This document shows positions 29,201 to 37,800 of a stretch of 64,000 nucleotides of DNA, piece after piece. How positions within the stretch are numbered: the stretch's first letter is position 1; each line of letters opens with the position of its first letter. The notes beneath the pieces were generated by a model, which worked only from the letters and a program-made list of their open reading frames with translations, searched no databases and had not been told where the DNA came from. The DNA comes from Verrucomicrobiia bacterium (GTDB taxonomy: Bacteria; Verrucomicrobiota; Verrucomicrobiia; Limisphaerales; UBA1319). The position numbers and the translations under genes were made by a program. The DNA is taken from positions 1,056,001 to 1,120,000 of the forward strand of contig OY760937.1 in the NCBI GenBank assembly GCA_963664225.1, given 5' to 3'.

Positions 29201-29945
29201 GGTGCATCGCGGAACGCCCTGGCAGACGGCGTATTTGAAATCCGAGGTGGCCGAGACCAACGCCTGGAGGTTGTGGTCCGGGCATTATTTCACGCATCCA
29301 ACCAACGACTGGAGTTTGCTCGAGTTGTTCACTACCGCTGTGTCGGCAAATGCTTCGCGGGGCCTTCTCTCAGTCAACCAGACCAACCTGGCCGCCTGGT
29401 CGGCGGTGTTGAGCGGGGTCATGGTGATGTCGAACACCAGTCCAAACGCAAATCCGCCCAACAATGTCAGCGTGGCGATCATTCAGCCCAACTCGCGCGA
29501 ATTGCAGACCATCGTGGAGGGCATCAACCGGACGCGAAGTTCGATGTCGAACGGCGTATTCAACCATCTGGGCGAGTTTCTCGCGACACCTGAACTCTCC
29601 TTTAATTCGAGGTCCGGGCGAATCTCCCCATACTTGACGAATATTTTAAGTCTGTATTACAGACAACCTGAGAGCGTCAAGGTGTCCGACCAGGTTTTTG
29701 AACGCATCCCGGAGATGATTTTGGGTCTCGTGCGTGAGGATCATCCGGGGTACGTGGTCTATACTTATGGGCAGGCGCTGGTTCCGGCGCCCCAATCCCT
29801 CGTCCTGTCCGGACCGGATCGCGGGTTGTGCACGAACTATACGGTGGTGAGCGAGTCCGCCTCCAAGCATGTGATGCGCATCGATGGGACGGCCACCAAA
29901 CCGGTCGTGGTGCCGGAACGGTTCCAATACATACCCAATGACTGA
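26193..29945 (+). CDS. Giant GspK/PilX-like minor pilin (Verru_Chthon cassette protein A-like), 1250 aa
   Basis: SRG|VALVVTLIMLSVVTFMAVTFL (no Glu5, typical of K/PilX); GKINLN, GLLSVNQT, FNHLGEFL, YVVYTYGQAL GspK-like motifs. Confidence 0.78.
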   Translation: MNGKLNLSQAVPTMPAGIAKSGWKGMRETHASRGVALVVTLIMLSVVTFMAVTFLALSRRERASVAVTVDQTTANLMADAALARVQAEAVSRIMARTNMSAYEFMVSTNFINPRGFIPNNFTPTNVAFRESSGAPLTPNDMRVVLKNLLFDPRAPVFVVTQANTRPDFRYYLDLNRNGTNEANGSLPVYGSDGKYLGYSNVFVGDPEWIGVLEYPNLPHSATNRFIGRYAFMALPMGKSLDLNFMYNQAKQIRPAWDGYMRNQGVGSWELNLAAFLTDLNPNFWPSNGPAGNPNYFYNTNFGAASSGAGFSNALTILQYRYRTNYNNLASIQTLYGTAGANAIHTNQVDDYSDGPYMTSTLALTNEPNSLNQPGRPGTDDPMLPWSGSDAPQMYYDVQELFDGNKTSADFTNRLLSGSMAGPGRSTMDRYTFYRMVSQLGVDSDLNLGKINLNYDNYNPLTKTFGEATNFLNWRGSNFFNLAADRMIKQEARLFQNFPNSITNICVYPPANNQYTPAVHRLLQLAANIYCTAGATNELSSIPNTPALPAVFRPIFRVNNGRVFINGYVEERGTNFIANRWYDLNVPNPAPALALLSANSANANIYGVPLVIGVKKGYPNFNECAMRTVMEVTRKIDVSRPTTFARPNSTNVMFILGVSNIFAVETWNSYSKAFQRPLEIRVTNSVFMYLTNNAGWGYNHGPGFQAVLRTNFYRGNWFSNQFLVITNTAISNSIFLSNSIVNGSLLRPLNPAFFVPPAVLTNVINPSNHIWMVATNRMQYMAIDRSSGRVIDFVNLDNLAVQVDITGLLLGNANMQETNDSVSRLVWNAKDGITNQIQISLGNTKVDETSWSSASKNAITGDDKNKSIDRFRVFVGLDPVIYKKVDLQQELRQTLTMQAPLTPSRRVAYTVSLQANDPLVHYTLGDLYDQMITNQVDTIKPTGGPLPANNIGFRNRRYQPWGGNPDVSGDTNKFNLAIKDPMVKTSDDWDFPTNKFPSIGWLGRVHRGTPWQTAYLKSEVAETNAWRLWSGHYFTHPTNDWSLLELFTTAVSANASRGLLSVNQTNLAAWSAVLSGVMVMSNTSPNANPPNNVSVAIIQPNSRELQTIVEGINRTRSSMSNGVFNHLGEFLATPELSFNSRSGRISPYLTNILSLYYRQPESVKVSDQVFERIPEMILGLVREDHPGYVVYTYGQALVPAPQSLVLSGPDRGLCTNYTVVSESASKHVMRIDGTATKPVVVPERFQYIPND

Positions 29946-30087
29946 GCCATCCCGTGCAGAGGGCAAGAGTGTAGTGAAGACGGGATAAACGGGATGGAAA
30001 TGGCGGAGAGGGGTTGAGTCGCGGCCGATGCGACAGGGGCCTTTTGAATAATTTTGTCAAAGCATTGAATTTTAGAAGAATCTGGTT

Positions 30088-33000
30088 ATGCGTATAAAAA
30101 CTCGCACTTGGTGTCTGATCAGCTTGCTGCTGTTCGTTGCTGCCGGTGTCTGCTGGTGGTTGGGCAATCTTCAGCAGGACCGCCATGCGGCTGCCTCGTC
30201 GAATGCGGCGGCGACCAATACCCCCGCGACGGTGACCACCGCATCGAACGCCACGCCGGCAATCGCGTTGCTGACCGGAAGCGGCACGAATGCAACCTCC
30301 CGTAACAGCGCGGAATCCCGCGCGGGCCGGTTGACCAACACCACCAAAAAATTGTCGGAACTTACACGGACCGAAACTGCGATCTTATTGCGCAACGCGT
30401 TCCTGGATACCGCCGAAACTGGCGTGCCCCAAATTCCCGAGTCGCTGCGCAGTCAGGGTGATCCCGGAAGTTACATCGTGCAGAGCCGGGGAGCGATCAA
30501 CGACGCGTTCCGTGCGGAATTGCAAACGGCTCATGCCTCGATTGTTTCGTACATTCCAAACAATGCCTATCTGGTGGAAGCCGATCCGTCCGCAGCCCGG
30601 GCGTTGACGGGCGCGGCCGGTGTCAGCGCCGTGCTGCCGTTCGAACCATATTACAAACTTGATCCCAAGCTCCTTGCGCTGGTTCTGGAGAATCAGGCTA
30701 TGAGCGATGATGCGCGGTTGCAGGTGACTTTGCTGCCCAATGGCGCAGAGGCGGGGAAGCTGGCCCTGGAGGGACTCGGCATCAAGATACTCAGCGAGAC
30801 GCGCACACCATTCGGGCCATCGGTGACGGTGCAGCCCAAGGCGGACAGCCTGGTGGCGATAGCCCAACTCAAGCAGGTGCAAGGCGTGGAGCCAGTCTAT
30901 CACCGCGTGCTGGCCAACGATATTACACGCTATGTGGCGGCGGTTTCCGAAAGTTCCACCAATGCCACCAACTACCTCGGGTTGACCGGCACGAATGTAT
31001 TGGTGAATGTGAACGACTCGGGCATCGATGCCACGCATCCGGATTTGAAGGATCGGGTGTTTTCAGTCAATCCGGCGTATTTGACCGATCCGGATGGCCA
31101 CGGCACGCATGTGGCGGGAATCATCGCGAGCAGCGGGAGCAAGTCGAGCACGGTGACCAACGCGATTGGATCGGTGACGAACGCGGACTTTCGCGGGATG
31201 GCCCCGGGCGCAGAGCTTTTTATCCTGCCTGTGGATATTCTGACCGGGCCGATCAGTTCCGATGTTTACCTTCTGGAAACTGCGGCCAGCACCAACGCCT
31301 TTATCTCCAATAACAGTTGGGTCTATGACGGATCCACAGAGTATGATATTTCGGCGTCAAGTTATGACGCGGCGGTGCGTGACGCGTTGCCTGGGAAGTC
31401 AGGGGAGCAACCGCTTCTGATTGTTTTTGCGGCGGGCAATCATGGCGGTGGCGCCGTGGATGGCACCGGTGGCGAACCCGATACCATTCGGTCTCCGGCC
31501 ACGGCGAAAAATGTGATCACGGTTGGCGCATTGGATCATTTCCGCAACATCACCAATGAGGCCTGGATGCCCGATGAATTTGGAAACAAGGTCACCAACG
31601 CATGGTTCCTGGGGGATACGGACAGCGACGACCAGGTGGCCTCTTATTCGAGCCGGGGCAATGTGGGCGTGGGAACGGAAGGGGATAATGGACGGTTCAA
31701 GCCTGACGTGATCGCGCCGGGTTCCTATCTGGTTTCAACGCGCGCGACGGGCTGGCTGATGGATACCAATCCACCCAAAGCCATCAATAACCAATTTTTC
31801 AATCAGGAAAGCGTTCCTGGCTTGCTGAATGACTATTCCATATATGTCCCGGACACCGCCTCGCGACTGATATTGCAAGTAACCCCATCGTTTGGGTTTT
31901 CCAATGCGTTTCCGGGCCTGCCCATCTACGTGCGGCACGGGGATTTTCCCGATGCGAATACGTATGACGTGGTGGGCACCAACCAGGTGGAATTGCCCCG
32001 GGATTTTCCGATTTCGGCCGGGGATTGGTTTTACTCGGTGGGCAATAACAGCGGGGAATTTGTGCAATTTGACGTTCAGACATCCATCATTGTTTCCAAT
32101 GCCTACGGGAATTACTACCAGGTGCTCAAGCAAATCAACGATGACTGCGGGCCCTACTACCGTTACGAGACCGGCACCAGCATGTCGGCGCCGGTGGTGT
32201 CTGGAATCCTGGCGTTGATGAAGGAGTTTTTCGAGCAAAAGCTGCCTGCGGACAAGCGTATGACCAACAGCCCGGCCCTGATGAAGGCGCTGATCATCAA
32301 TGGCGCGCATTCGGTGAGCGGGCGTTATGATCTCTCGCCAAACAAAACTCGCAATATCGAGGGTTGGGGCATTGTGGATCTGACCAACAGCATTCCGATG
32401 GCCTTAACCAACGGCGTTACCACCAACGGACCTTTGGTGCTGGTGGAGCAGAGCGTGACGAACGCCCTGGCCACGACGCAAAGCAAGACCTGGGCGGTTG
32501 GTGTTTCGTCCGATGCCACTAATTCAGGCCTGAAGTTCACGCTTGTGTGGACCGATCCCCCAGGAAATCCGAATGCCTCTTCCAAACTGGTCAACGATCT
32601 GGACCTGGTGGTGACTAATCTGGACACGGGGGACGTGTATGTGGGCAACGACATTCCTGAGCAGAGCGATTATAACACCGTTCAAACCACAAACAGCGTT
32701 TCCCGATTCGATTTGGTGAACAATGTGGAGAATGTATTCATCCGCGAGGCCAGGGGCACCAACTACAGCGTGACCGTTCTGGGACGACGTGTGAATGTAA
32801 ACGCGGTGACGGCCAATACCAACCTTGTGGTGCAGGATTATGCGCTGGTGATCTCCTGCGGCGACCTGACACTGACCAACGGCCTTGGATTGACGGCCCT
32901 GGCGCCGGTGAGTTCCGTCGCAACCACGAACGCGCTGGTCACGCGCCCGACGAGGGAAATAACCAATGGCGTGGCGTTGATGAACGAGAGGGTGGGCGCC

Positions 33001-36000
33001 AACTCGGCCTTGGCCTCGACAAACCGTGTCCTCCCCCTGGCGGCCACGAACGGCACGGCTGTGCAGTGGAATTTTTACGTGTTTACCAATTCCATTTCGA
33101 CCAATAACCCAACAGGTCTCACCAATGGTCCCAACGTGGCTTTCATTACTTTCCAACCGCCGAACCTGTCCAATTCGAGGTTGTTGGATGCGGATATCGA
33201 CCTGTATGTTTCCACTAATCCGGCGTTGACCAATCTGGATCCGCTGGTGATTTCCGCGGCGGACAAGTCCACAAGTCGCGGAGGGACGGAACTGGTGTTT
33301 TATACCAACGCGCCCTTAGGCCGGGTTTACTACATCGGCGTGAAATCCGAAGACCAAAAGGCGGCGGAGTACGGGTTCATAGGATTGTCGAGCCAGGTGC
33401 CGTTTTCGCAGAACATCAATGGGAGCATGCTGATGCAGGTCTTTCCACTATTTCAGGTTATTCCCGATGGCGCGGCTGACCGGCCGGGCCGCACGAATGC
33501 CTTTGCGATCGGGACCTTCCCGCTGAAGGTCGGCAGGGTGGTGGTGACCAATGTGATCACCCATCAGGATTTGGGAGACATAGTGGAAACCCTCAGCCAT
33601 AACCAAAGCTATGTGACACTGTTCAACCACAATTTGAACAACACAAATTTTGCGGGGACGAATATGATGTTTGTCTTCGATGACAGCAATGGCGGAGGCA
33701 TTCCATTCAGTCGGCCCTCGGACGGCCCGGGTTCCCTGTTGGACTTTAAAAATCAGCAGGCGTTGGGTGTTTGGATGCTGAACATGACTGATAACGGACT
33801 GACGCACACCGGACGCGTTGAGAGTTGTTCGATCTGGATCGATCCGTTCCCGGCCTTGACCGGTCTGGCCGGCCGTGTCGAACCCAGAACCTGGCAGTAT
33901 TATGGAATTACAGTTCCGCCCGAGGCCACTAACTTGACGGTGACCGTTTGGGATCTCAACCCGGCGCTGCCCTTGGATGTGTATGTGCGCGGCGGAGATT
34001 ATCCGGGCGCCAATGTTTACGACAAGCATGTGCGCGTGGATCCGAACCTGCCGTTCGACCCCACCAAGCCGACGCTGCAATTGGGGTTGGGCGACTCGCC
34101 GCCCTTGGTTCCCGGGCAGTTCTATTACATCGGGGTGTATAATCCCAATAATGTGGCGATCGATTTCCGGATCGATGCGAGCCTTCAGTATGATTTGTCA
34201 GGCGGCTTGGCGCAGACCTTCATTTCCCAAGATACGCCGATGCCGATTCTGGACGATGCGTTGACGATTTCGAGCAACTTTGTGTCGCTCAACCGGCAGA
34301 TCATCGATGTGCGCGTCGGTTTGCGCATCGACCATCCCCGACTCTCGGATTTGTCCATTCATCTGGTAAGTCCGCAAGGCACGCGCGTGTTGCTGGATGA
34401 AAACCGCGGACAGCAAGCGGGGACGCAATTTGGTTATACCATCGGCACGAACATCAATTACGCGACTTTTGCTGAGCTGACGAATTATCCATCGACGCCG
34501 ATCAAATTCGCGCAGCCACAATTCACCAACAGCATCATCGGTCCGATCATCTATCAACAGGACTTTGAGACAGTGGCGCCGGGGAGCTACCCAACGGGAC
34601 CACGGTTCGATAACTGGCTGGTCATTGGCAATCCGGTGACGGTGTTGACCGATCCGGTGCTGGCCAATTCAGGAACGAATCTGTTGGAAATGTCGGGAAG
34701 CCGAATCCGGCGGGTGCTTCCGACACAGGCAGGCACAGATTACGAATTAACCTTTGCCTACCGGAAATATCCGTCGCTGGACGGCCTGATTGGTTGGTGG
34801 CCCGGTGAAGGCAACGGCAGTGATGTTTTCGGGCGTCAAAACGCATTGCTCACCAACGGGGTCATCTTCGAGAATGCCGTGGTCGGGCAGGGTATGAGGT
34901 TTAACGGCGTCCGCAATTACGGGGTTCTTACAGGGGATCCTGCGGCTTTGGCCGTTCCCCATTACACGGTTGAGGCCTGGGTAAAACCGCTGACCCAAGT
35001 GAATAATTTTCAGGGTCAGTCGCTTGTTTTTGGTCAGGCGTTTGGCCGGGCCCAATTGGTTTTGCGGCCGGGCACCACGGGCGTAAAAGTGGCCTGGCAA
35101 TTTGCCGACTCGCGCTTCAGCGTGGTGAGTGTGGAAAGCACCCGTGAAATTCCGATCAACCAGTTCACCCATCTGGCGGGAACCTGGGATGGATCGAATT
35201 TGCGGATTTATATCAACGGCGTGCTTGATGCCACGCTGGCCACTCCCAGCGCTCCCCGGTTGTCCACGGCGGGATTTTATATTGGCGGATTTAATTCGCG
35301 CGGCGCAGAGGGACTGGCGATCGGCCAGTACTTGAACGGAACGATCGACGAGATCGGTTATTTCAATGTTGCGCTTGACGCCACCAACATTGCCGCGATT
35401 TACGCAACGGGTTCGCAAGGGAAATGCTCAATGCAGGTTTCTCCGGAACCTTGCAAAGCGACTGTGAATGTCTCGCTGGCCGGGGTTGGTACCAATGATA
35501 TTTTTGGCGATTCGACATGGCAGGTGTTCAAGTTGCCATTCAAAGCGCCTGCCAACAATATCGCGATCAATCTGCAAAACACTCTGGGGAACATGCTGAT
35601 TGAGGATGTTGTCCTGCGCGAGAAGGGGCGGATCTATCAGGCGGAGGAGTCCCTGGAAGCGTTCAAGGACGAGCCCAGTCAGGGCAACTGGCGGTTGGAG
35701 GTTGAGGACTCCCGCGTGGGACCAGGGGTGGGTGCGCTGCCCGTGGCATCAATAGTGAGCTGGGAACTGCAATTCATCTTTGCGTCCCCATCGATCAGTG
35801 TCGTCACATTGACCAACGCCGTTGCCTATACCAACGTTGTCGTTGGCGGCGACACGAAGTATTTCAAGATTGTTGTGCCGCTCTCGGCGCATTTCGCCAC
35901 GAATACGCTCACTGGCACGGGTGACTTGATCCTGATCGGAAACCGGGCGGGGCTGCCCACGGGGGATTCGTTGCTCGACGATTATTATGTCGATAACCGG

Positions 36001-37800
36001 GGTGTGAATGGCGGCGAATATCTTTTGTTGAGCACAGGCAGTCCGCTGAACGCTCCCTTGCAACCCGGCGGTGTGTATTACCTCGGGGTGAGGAATAAGG
36101 ATCCGAGGCAGAACAACACCTTCAGCATACGCGTGGATTTCGACCAGGTCGATCAGCCCGCGAATGTCATCACGCTAACGAGCGGCGTTCCCATCACCCG
36201 TTCGGTGAACCAGGGAAACCTCCCGGATTATTTTCGGTTCACCGTGACCGCGCTGGCCTACGAGGCCACATTCGATCTCTTCCCGAGCAACGGCGATGTC
36301 AATCTGGTTTTGCGCAAGGGAGGGCCTGAGGTCGATCCGCTTCCGACGCTGACGCGCTATGATTATGCCAGCACGCAACCGGGCACCACGCCCGACCAGG
36401 TGGTGGTCACAACCAATTCGTTCCCGGTCAAATTGAGTCCCGGTGTCTGGTATCTGGCGGTGTATAATGCGGATACCAATACTGTGGACTATACCATCCG
36501 CGCGACGGAGTTCCTGAACATCGTCACCAACGTGGTGCAGCTGACAAATAATGCACCGCTCAATGCGCAGCAGACCTTTGGTCCCTATCTGACCAATTTC
36601 TACCGTTTGAGCATTACGGAGACCAATCCAAGCTTCCGTCTCGATCTGTATAATCTGACTGGGAACGGGAATCTGGTGTTGCGCCGGGGACAGTATCCGA
36701 CCAGCAATCTTTTCGATGCATCGAGCATCAATCTCGGGACCAATTCCGAGACCATCGTGGTGACCACCAATGCGTTGGCGCCCGATCTCAATGGGGACTG
36801 GTATGTTGCGGTGCTCAATCGGGAAACCAACGCGGTGGACTTCACCTTGCGGGCCATTGTTGCTCCGCAAGTAACACCCCTGGCCGATACTGTGGGGATC
36901 ACTGATGTGGTCAAGGCGGGGCCGGGCTGGCATTATTACTCCTTTAATGTAAGCACGGACGCTGTGGCGGCCTCGTTCGAATTGCTGCCACAGAATGGCG
37001 ATGTCGGTTTGTATGTGCTTAACTCGACCAATATCCTTTATCCCTGGCCGACGCTGACGAGCTACAATTACCGCAGCGACCAGTCGGGAACAAATCGGGA
37101 GTTGATCACGGTATCGACCAATTCAATCCCGAAAGCACTGACTGGAGGGACTTGGTTTGTCGGCGTGTATAATCCCGGCACGAACGCTGTGATTTATCAG
37201 ATCATGGCCACCGAGCTGCGTCCTTCGGTTACGCCGATCATCACACTGTTCAACAATGTGATTGTGAATCGTCCGGCGTTGACCAACGGCAATGTCGCGT
37301 ATTTCCAATTCCAGGTCAGCGTCCAGGCGACGCAGGCGATTTTTGAGACGTTCTTTGCCACTGGAAATATGAGCCTCTATGCGCGGCAAGGTCTGCCTTT
37401 GCCCACACCTGTTAATGCGCATTTCAGCAGCACGAATGCCGGCGCGGCGGATGAGATGATCCGGGTTTACACGAATTCGCAGCCTGTGGCGTTGAGTCCG
37501 GGCTGGTGGTTCCTGACGGTCAGCAACAGTGATGTAAGTCCTCAGAAATATTCGATTCGCGCGGTGGAATTGTCAGCGACCCCGCTGGCGATCCGTCCGC
37601 AATTGAGTTTCAGTCCCTCGACGGTGTGCCTGACTTGGAGTTCGTTGATCGGCGAAAGTTATTCGATTCAGGGTAAGGCCAAAATCACCGATCCGATCTG
37701 GATTCCGCTCGCGCCGACACAGGTGGCCAGCAATCAATTGACCACGATCTGTCTGCCGACTCCGGCCACGAACCAATACTTCTTCTGGGTGCATCCGTGA
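30088..37800 (+). CDS. Giant S8 subtilase with PPC-like repeats, two proprotein-convertase P-domains and a LamG domain
   Basis: Catalytic motifs VNDSGID, DGHGTHVAGII, FAAGN, GTSMSAP; TLVWTDPPG..NDLDL; HPRLSDLSIHLVSPQG; FTHLAGTWDG..IYING..GTIDE; repeated LSPGxWY/FLxVYN modules; N-terminal signal/anchor. Confidence 0.9.
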   Translation: MRIKTRTWCLISLLLFVAAGVCWWLGNLQQDRHAAASSNAAATNTPATVTTASNATPAIALLTGSGTNATSRNSAESRAGRLTNTTKKLSELTRTETAILLRNAFLDTAETGVPQIPESLRSQGDPGSYIVQSRGAINDAFRAELQTAHASIVSYIPNNAYLVEADPSAARALTGAAGVSAVLPFEPYYKLDPKLLALVLENQAMSDDARLQVTLLPNGAEAGKLALEGLGIKILSETRTPFGPSVTVQPKADSLVAIAQLKQVQGVEPVYHRVLANDITRYVAAVSESSTNATNYLGLTGTNVLVNVNDSGIDATHPDLKDRVFSVNPAYLTDPDGHGTHVAGIIASSGSKSSTVTNAIGSVTNADFRGMAPGAELFILPVDILTGPISSDVYLLETAASTNAFISNNSWVYDGSTEYDISASSYDAAVRDALPGKSGEQPLLIVFAAGNHGGGAVDGTGGEPDTIRSPATAKNVITVGALDHFRNITNEAWMPDEFGNKVTNAWFLGDTDSDDQVASYSSRGNVGVGTEGDNGRFKPDVIAPGSYLVSTRATGWLMDTNPPKAINNQFFNQESVPGLLNDYSIYVPDTASRLILQVTPSFGFSNAFPGLPIYVRHGDFPDANTYDVVGTNQVELPRDFPISAGDWFYSVGNNSGEFVQFDVQTSIIVSNAYGNYYQVLKQINDDCGPYYRYETGTSMSAPVVSGILALMKEFFEQKLPADKRMTNSPALMKALIINGAHSVSGRYDLSPNKTRNIEGWGIVDLTNSIPMALTNGVTTNGPLVLVEQSVTNALATTQSKTWAVGVSSDATNSGLKFTLVWTDPPGNPNASSKLVNDLDLVVTNLDTGDVYVGNDIPEQSDYNTVQTTNSVSRFDLVNNVENVFIREARGTNYSVTVLGRRVNVNAVTANTNLVVQDYALVISCGDLTLTNGLGLTALAPVSSVATTNALVTRPTREITNGVALMNERVGANSALASTNRVLPLAATNGTAVQWNFYVFTNSISTNNPTGLTNGPNVAFITFQPPNLSNSRLLDADIDLYVSTNPALTNLDPLVISAADKSTSRGGTELVFYTNAPLGRVYYIGVKSEDQKAAEYGFIGLSSQVPFSQNINGSMLMQVFPLFQVIPDGAADRPGRTNAFAIGTFPLKVGRVVVTNVITHQDLGDIVETLSHNQSYVTLFNHNLNNTNFAGTNMMFVFDDSNGGGIPFSRPSDGPGSLLDFKNQQALGVWMLNMTDNGLTHTGRVESCSIWIDPFPALTGLAGRVEPRTWQYYGITVPPEATNLTVTVWDLNPALPLDVYVRGGDYPGANVYDKHVRVDPNLPFDPTKPTLQLGLGDSPPLVPGQFYYIGVYNPNNVAIDFRIDASLQYDLSGGLAQTFISQDTPMPILDDALTISSNFVSLNRQIIDVRVGLRIDHPRLSDLSIHLVSPQGTRVLLDENRGQQAGTQFGYTIGTNINYATFAELTNYPSTPIKFAQPQFTNSIIGPIIYQQDFETVAPGSYPTGPRFDNWLVIGNPVTVLTDPVLANSGTNLLEMSGSRIRRVLPTQAGTDYELTFAYRKYPSLDGLIGWWPGEGNGSDVFGRQNALLTNGVIFENAVVGQGMRFNGVRNYGVLTGDPAALAVPHYTVEAWVKPLTQVNNFQGQSLVFGQAFGRAQLVLRPGTTGVKVAWQFADSRFSVVSVESTREIPINQFTHLAGTWDGSNLRIYINGVLDATLATPSAPRLSTAGFYIGGFNSRGAEGLAIGQYLNGTIDEIGYFNVALDATNIAAIYATGSQGKCSMQVSPEPCKATVNVSLAGVGTNDIFGDSTWQVFKLPFKAPANNIAINLQNTLGNMLIEDVVLREKGRIYQAEESLEAFKDEPSQGNWRLEVEDSRVGPGVGALPVASIVSWELQFIFASPSISVVTLTNAVAYTNVVVGGDTKYFKIVVPLSAHFATNTLTGTGDLILIGNRAGLPTGDSLLDDYYVDNRGVNGGEYLLLSTGSPLNAPLQPGGVYYLGVRNKDPRQNNTFSIRVDFDQVDQPANVITLTSGVPITRSVNQGNLPDYFRFTVTALAYEATFDLFPSNGDVNLVLRKGGPEVDPLPTLTRYDYASTQPGTTPDQVVVTTNSFPVKLSPGVWYLAVYNADTNTVDYTIRATEFLNIVTNVVQLTNNAPLNAQQTFGPYLTNFYRLSITETNPSFRLDLYNLTGNGNLVLRRGQYPTSNLFDASSINLGTNSETIVVTTNALAPDLNGDWYVAVLNRETNAVDFTLRAIVAPQVTPLADTVGITDVVKAGPGWHYYSFNVSTDAVAASFELLPQNGDVGLYVLNSTNILYPWPTLTSYNYRSDQSGTNRELITVSTNSIPKALTGGTWFVGVYNPGTNAVIYQIMATELRPSVTPIITLFNNVIVNRPALTNGNVAYFQFQVSVQATQAIFETFFATGNMSLYARQGLPLPTPVNAHFSSTNAGAADEMIRVYTNSQPVALSPGWWFLTVSNSDVSPQKYSIRAVELSATPLAIRPQLSFSPSTVCLTWSSLIGESYSIQGKAKITDPIWIPLAPTQVASNQLTTICLPTPATNQYFFWVHP

